Below, piece by piece: positions 56,679-64,000 of a stretch of 64,000 bases of DNA. The DNA is from Candidatus Omnitrophota bacterium (GTDB taxonomy: Bacteria > Omnitrophota > Gorgyraeia > Zapsychrales > Fredricksoniimonadaceae). Within the stretch, counting starts at the first letter, position 1, and every line of letters begins with the position of its first letter. The notes beneath the pieces are model-generated. The model was not told the origin of the DNA, did not search any database, and worked only from the letters and a program-made list of their open reading frames with translations. The stretch is from the NCBI GenBank assembly GCA_015233675.1, contig JADFXH010000004.1, positions 8,492 to 72,491 of the forward strand, written 5' to 3'. The position numbers were made by a program, and so were the translations under genes.

Positions 56679-57673
56679 TAGGAAATATCCTCTTTGGCCA
56701 AGGCATATACAAAAATACTGCCTCCAACGATTCCTGTGACCACCCCCACAGGCAGTTCTACGGGCGCTATAATAATCCGCGCAACCGTGTCACAAACGAT
56801 CAAAAAAATAGCACCAGCCAAAAAAGACGAAACAAGAAGTATCCGATGATCATGCCCTACGACCCTTCTCATAAAATGCGGGACCACTAATCCCACAAAA
56901 CCGATCATACCTGCCGCGGAAACACAAAAACCCGTCAGGAGAGAAGAGGCCAAAAAAAGGATGCGTTTGGTCGACTCGACCGGTATGCCTAAGTGATGGG
57001 CTTCTTCTTCTCCCAACGCGAATGCATTGAGATGATGGCAAAATAAATAGGACACCGCCAGCAAACCTAAAGAAGCCGCTAACATAATTTGAATAAGCGT
57101 CCCATCCGACTCTGCCAGGGATCCCATGATCCAAAACACAATCCCATGCAAGCTGTCCATGCTTGATAACGACATCAAAAGCATGACCAAGGATGATGAT
57201 ATAAAACTGATCATGATCCCGATTAAAAGTAAGCGTTGAAGATTGATCCTGACTTTTTTAAGGCTTAAAAGATAAAGGATGCCGATGACCATCGACGCTC
57301 CCAGGGAGCCGAACAATGGAAATGTAAAACGACTTATCGCTGCCAGCCCCAAAACAATGCTTATGGATACCCCTAAGGCTGCCCCTCCTGAAATCCCCAA
57401 CGTGTAGGGCTCAACTAAAGAGTTGCGAAACATCCCCTGTAAAAGCACGCCGGCCAGGCTCAAAGATCCTCCGACGGCAAAAGCCAAAATGATCCGGGGC
57501 AGACGGATATCAAATATAATACTGTATTCCGTGCTGCCGGGGCCATGAAGAAAAACAGAGACCATCTTACCCGCCGGGATCCCTGCCACTCCCAATGTTA
57601 AGGAAAAAATAACTATGATCACCAAAAACGTGATCAAAGTTAAAACCCAAAATATGATGTATTTTAAACTCAT
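56678..57673 (-). CDS. btuC: FecCD-family permease (BtuC-like)
   Basis: 331 aa, about 10 TM helices, FecCD blocks (…DIRLPRIILAFAVGGSLSLAGVLLQGMFRN…EPYTLGISGGA…). Confidence 0.85.
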   Translation of the reverse strand: MSLKYIIFWVLTLITFLVIIVIFSLTLGVAGIPAGKMVSVFLHGPGSTEYSIIFDIRLPRIILAFAVGGSLSLAGVLLQGMFRNSLVEPYTLGISGGAALGVSISIVLGLAAISRFTFPLFGSLGASMVIGILYLLSLKKVRINLQRLLLIGIMISFISSSLVMLLMSLSSMDSLHGIVFWIMGSLAESDGTLIQIMLAASLGLLAVSYLFCHHLNAFALGEEEAHHLGIPVESTKRILFLASSLLTGFCVSAAGMIGFVGLVVPHFMRRVVGHDHRILLVSSFLAGAIFLIVCDTVARIIIAPVELPVGVVTGIVGGSIFVYALAKEDIS

Positions 57674-58509
57674 AAAAGCATTTCAGGATGAAGGTCACGA
57701 ATAATTGTCTTTAAAGTCTCGACAAAAGTAATCGGCGTAGGGCTGCACAAAAGATACTGGTCAATGATAAAGATCTTATGAATTTTGACTGCGTTTAAAG
57801 ACACCCATTTCTCCCAGTTTTTTTTCTCATGCTCTCCCTCAAAACCCATACTGGAAATTAATAACACATCCGGGTTGCTCACTAACACCTGTTCCTTAGA
57901 GTACTGCAAGTACCCTTGTTCCGTCACAACATTGGTGCCACCCGCAAGTTCAATAAAATCATTCGCAAAAGAATCCTTTCCGATGGTAACCAATGGGTTT
58001 ACCCCTACTTGGATGAACACCTTGACCCTTGGGGCCATACGCAATCTGGCCTTTAAGGCATCAACTTTCTTTTGAGCTTCAACAATGATGGTGCGGGCCT
58101 TATTTTCCTTGCCCAAGATTTTCCCCAGTTTCAAAAATGAATCGCAAATTTCTTCAAAATTCCTGGCATTCGGAACACTGATCACCCGGATCCCTAAGCT
58201 GCGCAATTTCTCTTGGGCCCTGGGATCGGTCAATTCAGTAGCCAGGACCACATCAGGTTTTAAAGCCACGATCTTCTCTAAATTAACTTCCTGGACATTC
58301 CCCACCTTCTCCTTCTTTTTTGCTGCCGGTGGCCTTTGACAGAAGCTCGTGCATCCAACCAATTTATTCTCACTCGAAAGCAAATACATCTCCTCGGTAA
58401 TGACCGGCCCCAGAGAAATGATCCTTTGGATAGGCTGATTTTGGGCCCCGGCCGCAGAGGCGAAAAGAATAACAATAGCAATAAGAATGAATAAACTGTG
58501 TATCTTCAT
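57670..58509 (-). CDS. btuF: Periplasmic substrate-binding protein (BtuF-like, cluster A-2)
   Basis: Signal peptide, RIISLGPVITEEMY and KPDVVLA blocks typical of cobalamin/siderophore binding proteins. 4-nt overlaps on both sides. Confidence 0.75.
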   Translation of the reverse strand: MKIHSLFILIAIVILFASAAGAQNQPIQRIISLGPVITEEMYLLSSENKLVGCTSFCQRPPAAKKKEKVGNVQEVNLEKIVALKPDVVLATELTDPRAQEKLRSLGIRVISVPNARNFEEICDSFLKLGKILGKENKARTIIVEAQKKVDALKARLRMAPRVKVFIQVGVNPLVTIGKDSFANDFIELAGGTNVVTEQGYLQYSKEQVLVSNPDVLLISSMGFEGEHEKKNWEKWVSLNAVKIHKIFIIDQYLLCSPTPITFVETLKTIIRDLHPEMLL

Positions 58510-59300
58510 TTCAATAAAATCAAACCATAAAAAAGAATACTTAGTTCCGCGATTTCACTGACAGCCCCTACTGTATCGCCTGTCATGCCGTCAATTTTCT
58601 TCTCTAAAAATTTTATAAGCAGGGCCACTGGAAAAAGAGCAGCCAAGAAAACAAAAATCCCTTTTAGGCCGAATAAAATAAAAATAAAAAGCAGACTGGA
58701 CGCGGCACCCATAGCCGTATCTTTAACATTTGCGTACTTAAAGAAAAGTTTAGCTTTCCCGTCACTGCGTGCATACATACAGTGAGAACAAACCATGGCC
58801 TGGACCCAACGGCTAAACACAGGGACTAAAATGAACATTTTCCATAACAACTCCTTGGGAAAACTTGCAATAAATGCAAACTTAAGGATGAGTGCCATAC
58901 ACACCCCAACAGCTCCAAAAGTGCCGATGCGGCTGTCTTTCATGATCTCAAGAATTTGCTCTTTTGATTTTCCGCTAAAAAACCCGTCACAAGTATCGGC
59001 TAAACCATCCAGGTGCAATGCCCCCGTCATCACAATATAAACAGCCAGCACGCTGGCTACCATGGCCAAATGCGGCAAGGGTTCCATCACGAATGTCAGG
59101 GGCGCTAAAATCAGGCCAATGCACGCACCGGCCAGAGGAAAAAAGGCGCAAACTGACTTAAAGTCTTCTTCTTTAAACCGGACATTTGTCCGGATAGGCA
59201 GGATTGTTAAGAATTGAAGGGCCAATAATAATTTCTTCACAGTTTCAGCCCTAACTTTCTTTTTGACTGACTTGGGCAGATTCAAAAGTGGCCATTTCAT
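58506..59300 (-). CDS. cobS: Adenosylcobinamide-GDP ribazoletransferase (cobalamin synthase)
   Basis: LQFLTILP start block, polytopic, HLDGLADTCDG motif. A GTG at 59240 would remove the 50-nt overlap with cobT. Confidence 0.88.
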   Translation of the reverse strand: MKWPLLNLPKSVKKKVRAETVKKLLLALQFLTILPIRTNVRFKEEDFKSVCAFFPLAGACIGLILAPLTFVMEPLPHLAMVASVLAVYIVMTGALHLDGLADTCDGFFSGKSKEQILEIMKDSRIGTFGAVGVCMALILKFAFIASFPKELLWKMFILVPVFSRWVQAMVCSHCMYARSDGKAKLFFKYANVKDTAMGAASSLLFIFILFGLKGIFVFLAALFPVALLIKFLEKKIDGMTGDTVGAVSEIAELSILFYGLILLK

Positions 59301-60309
59301 TTAAAATTTTGACACCAGCCTCGATCACGCCTATCGCTAATGCAGCTCCCGTGCCTTCTCCTAATCTCAAATCCAAATTTAAGATTGGCTTGAGTCCCAG
59401 ATAAGCACAAACAACTTTATGGCCTTGTTCCACAGAGGCGTGCCCGGCGATCATATAGTCTTTGACTTTAGGTTCAATGGTATAAGCAATGAGGGCCGCG
59501 GCTGAGGAGATAAAACCATCAACGACAATCGGCAATCGTCTTGAGGCCGCCGCAAGAATAACTCCTGCCAATCCCCCAATCTCATATCCGCCGACCTTCA
59601 TTAACACATCAATGCCGTCCTTAGCGTTGGGTTTATTAATTTCTATCGCTTTTTTGATAACAGCCACTTTACGTTCCCAAGCTCCATCATCAATACCTGT
59701 GCCACGGCCGGTAACAGCTTCGGGAGATTGGCCGGTGATGAGTGAAACAATGGCACTGGAAGGTGTAGTGTTGCCGATCCCCATTTCCCCTGTTGCTGCG
59801 ATGCTGATGCCTCTTTTAAATTCTTCTTCGAAGATGGTGATCCCGTTTTCAACGGATCTAACGGCTTCTTCCCTGGTCATGGCCGGGCCTTTAGCCATGT
59901 TCTTTGTGCCATAATTAATTTTGCGTGATAATAATTGCGGATGGGGCTTTAAATCAACCGCCACCCCCAAATCCGCGACCACGACCCTTGCCCCCACATG
60001 TTTGGCCAAAACGTTGATCCCCGCCCCGCCTTGAAGAAAATTATAAACCATCTGCGGCGTCACTTCTTGGGGAAAAGCACTGATCCCTTCCTGTGTCACG
60101 CCGTGGTCCCCTGCCATGACAAAAATCACTTTATGCGGCAAGCTTGGGTTTTTAACACGCGTGATCTCAACAATTTGCTTGGCAAGTTCTTCTAGCCTGC
60201 CTAAACTGCCTTGCGGTTTGGTCAAAAAATCAAGCCGTTTTTGTGTGTCCGCACCTAAAGAAAAATCTATTTTTTCTATTTTTGCGATAGTTTCATTGAA
60301 TAGTTTCAT
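59251..60309 (-). CDS. cobT: Nicotinate-nucleotide--dimethylbenzimidazole phosphoribosyltransferase
   Basis: LTKPQGSLGRLEE, GEMGIGNTT, LRLGEGTGAALA blocks. Confidence 0.92.
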   Translation of the reverse strand: MKLFNETIAKIEKIDFSLGADTQKRLDFLTKPQGSLGRLEELAKQIVEITRVKNPSLPHKVIFVMAGDHGVTQEGISAFPQEVTPQMVYNFLQGGAGINVLAKHVGARVVVADLGVAVDLKPHPQLLSRKINYGTKNMAKGPAMTREEAVRSVENGITIFEEEFKRGISIAATGEMGIGNTTPSSAIVSLITGQSPEAVTGRGTGIDDGAWERKVAVIKKAIEINKPNAKDGIDVLMKVGGYEIGGLAGVILAAASRRLPIVVDGFISSAAALIAYTIEPKVKDYMIAGHASVEQGHKVVCAYLGLKPILNLDLRLGEGTGAALAIGVIEAGVKILNEMATFESAQVSQKES

Positions 60310-60842
60310 TGGTCAGTCCTCTTTCCCTTAAGTTTCGTTGGTATTCCCAATTGCATAAGGATAACTTCATCGGCAACTTGGGCCATGATTTGATTTAATC
60401 TGCCAAGAAGGTCCCTGAATCTTCTCCCCATTGCCGTTGGCGGCACCACACCGCAACCAACCTCGTTAGATACGACGATGACCAGCCCCTGGGCCTCCGT
60501 GATGGCCCGGGTAAATTTTTCAAATTCAGCTTCCAGAGATTCATCCTGAGGATGAAATTCCATCAGATTGGCCACCCACATCCCCAAACAATCAACCAGG
60601 ATGGTTGTGGTTGGGCTTGAGAATTTCTCTAACACATCACCTATTTTTTGTCCTTCGGTGATCACTTCCCATGAAGCAGGACGGGAGCCTTGGTGGCGTT
60701 TGATTCTCTCTTTCATCTCATCGTCATAAAATGTGCAGGTGGCTAGAAAAATGACTTTTTGTCCACCGCTCTTGGCCAAATTCACGGCGTGACTGCTTTT
60801 GCCGCTGCGTGCGCCACCAACGATAAAAACCATTTTTTTCAT
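60306..60842 (-). CDS. cobU: Adenosylcobinamide kinase / adenosylcobinamide-phosphate guanylyltransferase
   Basis: P-loop GGARSGKS, 178 aa. ATGA overlap with cobT. Confidence 0.9.
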   Translation of the reverse strand: MKKMVFIVGGARSGKSSHAVNLAKSGGQKVIFLATCTFYDDEMKERIKRHQGSRPASWEVITEGQKIGDVLEKFSSPTTTILVDCLGMWVANLMEFHPQDESLEAEFEKFTRAITEAQGLVIVVSNEVGCGVVPPTAMGRRFRDLLGRLNQIMAQVADEVILMQLGIPTKLKGKRTDQ

Positions 60843-60854
60843 AAACTCGCCTTT

Positions 60855-61460
60855 CTATCCATTCAAATACGCCGTTTCATTCATAACTGTCACAACCGGA
60901 TCTTGGCCCCAAGGGTATTCAATCACATTGAGTGCGGCATTGTCCTGCTGGATCGACCAAAAATCTTTAACCCCGCGCTTCAAAGCATCACAGAGGATGA
61001 CCCTGATGGGGCCCCCGTGTGACACCACAGCGATCGATTGCCCTCTATGATGCGATAACAAAGAAGACAGCCCATCCATGACCCGATGACAAAAATCTAT
61101 AAAAGCTTCCCCATTGGGGATCTTTACGTCCCATGGGGCATGGATCCATGCCTCATAAATTTGGGAATAATTCTTCATGGCCTCTTCGTACTTTAATCCC
61201 TCGAGAACCCCAAAATCCATCTCGCGAAAACAATTTTGCTTGACAATTTTTTCATTTTCAAAAGCGATCGCAGCTGTTTCAAAAGCTCTTTGCAGATCAC
61301 TCGAATAGACGGCATCAAAATGCGCACCTTGAAAATAGCGGGCTATTTTCAAGGCCTGCTTGCGACCTTCATCATTCAGGTCAACATCTAATGAACCGCA
61401 ATACTTTCTTTCAAGGCTAAAATCAGTTTGCCCGTGGCGAAGTAGAAAAATTTTAGTCAT
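60855..61460 (-). CDS. cobC: Histidine-phosphatase family protein (alpha-ribazole phosphatase by context)
   Basis: LLRHGQTDFS catalytic-His motif, SDLQRA, VVSHGGPIR. First gene behind the riboswitch. Confidence 0.8.
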   Translation of the reverse strand: MTKIFLLRHGQTDFSLERKYCGSLDVDLNDEGRKQALKIARYFQGAHFDAVYSSDLQRAFETAAIAFENEKIVKQNCFREMDFGVLEGLKYEEAMKNYSQIYEAWIHAPWDVKIPNGEAFIDFCHRVMDGLSSLLSHHRGQSIAVVSHGGPIRVILCDALKRGVKDFWSIQQDNAALNVIEYPWGQDPVVTVMNETAYLNG

Positions 61461-61503
61461 AAAATAAAAAAATCCTTAGGCTTTCTAAAAAAGCTTAAGG
61501 ATT
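61461..61503 (-). terminator. Riboswitch expression platform: an intrinsic terminator hairpin that also contains the cobC Shine-Dalgarno sequence
   Basis: Minus strand reads AATCCTTAAGC-loop-GCCTAAGGATT followed by TTTTTTTATTTT and then the ATG. The AAGGA in the 3' stem arm is the only SD-like sequence. Confidence 0.7.
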
Positions 61504-61544
61504 TACCCGAACTTGTCCTTACTCTCATTAGGATACTGTCTCAC

Positions 61545-61700
61545 GCAGTATTCGACTACACCCAATAGGCTGGTGTTCTGACTTCCGAAGGTTTAACTTC
61601 AACCCCCGGCTACAGCGGCGGGACCGTTCCTGATTGTTAGCCCAAGAGCCATGTCACAGGATTTCCCAATTAAGTTCCCCAACAGGAACGCCTATCTCGA
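61545..61700 (-). promoter_or_regulatory. Cobalamin riboswitch aptamer
   Basis: Minus strand contains AAUUGGGAAAUCC, GGUCCCGCCGCUGUAG (the CCCGC-ACUGUA core) and a B12 box GAAGUCAGAACACCAGCC (61585..61568). Upstream of the cobalamin salvage/uptake genes. Confidence 0.8.
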
Positions 61701-61710
61701 ATTTTATTAT

Positions 61711-61739
61711 ACAATATATGAATCTAATAATCTTGTCAA
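61711..61739 (-). promoter_or_regulatory. Putative promoter of the riboswitch-controlled operon
   Basis: Minus strand reads TTGACA-N17-TATTGT (-35 at 61739..61734, -10 at 61716..61711), immediately upstream of the aptamer. A divergent TTGACT-N16-TATGAA on the plus strand (61753..61780) could serve the PEGA gene. Confidence 0.4.
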
Positions 61740-61797
61740 TATAGCTGCTCTATTGACTTCAAATAATTATTTGTTATGAATTTTCCCTATTGCTTGC

Positions 61798-62973
61798 TTG
61801 GGCAACCTGAGCTATGATTTGGTCATGCTTTGGCTCAGGAAGATTATTTTCTATATTTTTTCCCTTTTATACCTGATCTTTTGCCCCTTGATCGTCCTTA
61901 GAATGCTGGGGTTTGACATCAACCCGCTGACGCTTCGCCTAGTCAAAACCGGTCTAATCTATGTTTCCACCAATCCGCCGGGAGCCACCGTTTATATTGA
62001 CGGTCGAATGGCCTCTCAAAAGACCCCGACAGCATTGAGGGACCTTCATCCGGGAGAACATTTTATCCGTATTGAACTTAACGGTTATAACGATTGGGAG
62101 AGGAGTATCCCTGTCATAGGCAAAAAAGCCACTGTACTAGCCAATGCCCTGCTCATTCCCGAAGAATGGCCTATTAAAACAATTTCTAAAGGCCCTTATC
62201 AAAATATCTTCATTGCCGCAGATAATATTTTGATCACAACCAACCCCATACTCAAAAACATCGATACCTTTCATACCGCTTTTGGTGTTGAGAAAAATTT
62301 CTACGAAAAAAAACCTTTGTTCTCTGCAAACTCCATTTATGCCTATGGGAAGTTGGTACGCCTTTATAACGCCCCCCAAAGCCCTTTTATTCTTCTGGAA
62401 GCGGACATCAAGACCAAGCATAAGTTCTTATGGATCAACTTGAAAGATAATCCGCCTGTCATTGAAGACATCAGCGATCTTTTTTTTGAAATCCCAAACC
62501 TCATCACTTGGGATAACACTGATAATACAAATATTTTCGCCTTTAACCCGAAAAATATTTACCGTATTAACATCAAGGACAAGGCTATTTTCCACCAGAA
62601 TGCCAACTTCCTGCCTAAAAGGCTAAATTTACATTACATTGAAAATCAACAGGAACAATTTCTCATTAATGATAAGAATGACTTGCTCATCCGTAAGGGA
62701 AGTTGGATACAAATCTACCCTAAAGAGAATTTTGGCGACCCTCAAATGTATAAAATAGCCAAATCCAATCCGGCGACCAATATGTATTTCGAAGAAAAAA
62801 CCGGAGAACTTTTTTATATAGATAACGAAGCCAGAAACCTATGCGCAGCCCAAATATTGCCATATCATCCTATATTAAATATCCCTATTCCCGAAACACT
62901 GAGGAATGAAATTGAAACAAAAGGCCCCACAACCTTGCAGTCAAATGGAAATACCGGGTCAAACAAAGTATGA
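61798..62973 (+). CDS. PEGA-domain membrane-anchored protein
   Basis: N-terminal TM helix (IIFYIFSLLYLIFCPLIVL), PEGA domain PPGATVYIDGRMASQKTPTALRDLHPGEHFIRIELNGYNDWE. The start is uncertain (TTG at 61798 or ATG at 61825). Confidence 0.75.
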   Translation: MGNLSYDLVMLWLRKIIFYIFSLLYLIFCPLIVLRMLGFDINPLTLRLVKTGLIYVSTNPPGATVYIDGRMASQKTPTALRDLHPGEHFIRIELNGYNDWERSIPVIGKKATVLANALLIPEEWPIKTISKGPYQNIFIAADNILITTNPILKNIDTFHTAFGVEKNFYEKKPLFSANSIYAYGKLVRLYNAPQSPFILLEADIKTKHKFLWINLKDNPPVIEDISDLFFEIPNLITWDNTDNTNIFAFNPKNIYRINIKDKAIFHQNANFLPKRLNLHYIENQQEQFLINDKNDLLIRKGSWIQIYPKENFGDPQMYKIAKSNPATNMYFEEKTGELFYIDNEARNLCAAQILPYHPILNIPIPETLRNEIETKGPTTLQSNGNTGSNKV

Positions 62974-64000
62974 TATTTTATTATTCTAAAGAGAACTTGA
63001 AGCCACGACAAGCTAAGCTGCAAAGATTACTGGAAGTACTCCCCGGGGCTTGCAGCTGGAGCATTTTGCTTGGCCTCATATTCCTTTCAATCTTCTTCCC
63101 CTTTAGTGCGGCTATCCTCATCGTCGCTTTTTATCTGTCATGGATCATGAGGCTTTTGTATTCCACCATTTTTCTGGTACTTTCTACCCTTCAGCTGAAC
63201 ATTGAGGGCAATACTGATTGGATGCGGCGCATTCGAGGCATTGATAATTTAGCCGGCTATTTAAAAGAAATTTCTTCTATAAAATTCGGACTGCATTGGC
63301 GTCAGCGCATTTCACACAAAATTCATCTGCATCAATTGAACGAACTAAAAAAATGTAAAATTTTACCGCCGGCATCCAAAGATATCTACCATTTAGTCAT
63401 TTTCCCGGTCATCAAAGAAGGCCGTGATATCCTGGAGCCTGCTATTGACGCCATCAGCCGCCAAAATCTTAATCTCAAACAAATAGTCGTTATTTTTGCT
63501 TTGGAAGAACGCGCCCTGCCGCCTGTCCAAAACGCCGTACGCGAATTGGAAAAATTTTACAAAAATGTATTTTTCGAATGCATGACCGTCCTGCATCCGG
63601 CTGTTGTCCCCGGAGAGGCCCGTGTTAAAGGAGCCAATGCCACCTGCGCGGCCAAACAGGCCGCGAATTTCTTCCAAGAACATCAAATACCTTTTGAGAA
63701 TGTGATCATTTCCTGTTTTGATGCGGACACCGTTGTCAGCCCCAATTATTTTGCCTGCTTGACATATCACTTTATGGTCTACCCGGGGCGTCAGCATGCC
63801 AGTTTCCAGCCTATTCCGGTTTACCACAATAATATATGGATTGTTCCCGGCTTTGCCCGTGTCGTTGAAACAGGTTCCTCATTTTATCAATTAATCGAAT
63901 CCACTAATCCCGAAAAATTAGTCACTTTCTCGAGCCACAGCATGAGCTTCAAGGCGCTGGTTGATGTGAATTACTGGCCTGTGGACATGATATCCGATGA
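62970..64000 (+). CDS. Membrane-bound family-2 glycosyltransferase (partial; runs off the window end and is not in the ORF track)
   Basis: Own translation. The ATG at 62970 overlaps the PEGA stop (ATGA). MIFYYSKENLKPRQ…, two TM helices, then a GT-A region HLVIFPVIKEG…ISCFDADTVVSPNYF. The frame is open to 64000. Confidence 0.7.
   Translation, partial: MIFYYSKENLKPRQAKLQRLLEVLPGACSWSILLGLIFLSIFFPFSAAILIVAFYLSWIMRLLYSTIFLVLSTLQLNIEGNTDWMRRIRGIDNLAGYLKEISSIKFGLHWRQRISHKIHLHQLNELKKCKILPPASKDIYHLVIFPVIKEGRDILEPAIDAISRQNLNLKQIVVIFALEERALPPVQNAVRELEKFYKNVFFECMTVLHPAVVPGEARVKGANATCAAKQAANFFQEHQIPFENVIISCFDADTVVSPNYFACLTYHFMVYPGRQHASFQPIPVYHNNIWIVPGFARVVETGSSFYQLIESTNPEKLVTFSSHSMSFKALVDVNYWPVDMISD

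Noticed and set aside
1-64000. Mobile genetic element, prophage or genomic island
   Set aside because: I saw no integrase, transposase, phage structural genes, tRNA attachment site or direct-repeat boundaries. The content is housekeeping and metabolic, and orientation is uniform.

Overview
The window is gene-dense and almost entirely transcribed on the minus strand. It looks like a chromosomal segment from an uncultivated-type bacterium; I cannot verify lineage from sequence alone. I saw no rRNA, tRNA, CRISPR array, transposase or integrase.

Content from left to right:
1. A type IV pilus / T2SS-like motor operon: two standalone MshEN-type domain proteins, two GspE/PilB ATPases, PilC, a coiled-coil lipoprotein and a small pilin-like protein.
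2. A RodA-type SEDS protein, a signal-peptide-bearing Memo-AMMECR1 fusion, and a DsbA plus MauE/DoxX pair.
3. Alpha-glucan and polyphosphate genes: MalQ, GH57, a ROK kinase, PPK1 and PPX.
4. A six-gene complex related to group-4 hydrogenases and complex I. Its large subunit has lost all four [NiFe] cysteine ligands (Ehr-like). A second, diverged paralog set encoding only membrane subunits sits directly upstream.
5. An HTH-PtsN protein, a SulP transporter and an ACT-malic enzyme.
6. A glycogen operon: GT, DUF4912, two GH57 genes and GH13 GlgB.
7. A metal-related cluster: ArsR, a cNMP-binding protein, SlyD, a CDF transporter and a Cys-rich peptide.
8. A TolC-HlyD-ABC exporter.
9. A cobalamin uptake and salvage operon (cobC-cobU-cobT-cobS-btuF-btuC-btuD, then a TonB-dependent receptor) behind a recognisable cobalamin riboswitch.
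10. A PEGA-domain protein and a partial GT2.

The observations I consider most worth a second look:
- The tandem Ehr-like locus with an orphan membrane arm.
- A family of long palindromic intercistronic elements inserted inside operons, including inverted copies flanking one antiporter-like gene.
- Standalone MshEN modules that keep the c-di-GMP-binding motif while the adjacent ATPases' own N-domains have lost it.
- A 60-residue pilin-like or Tat-like peptide with HTN repeats.
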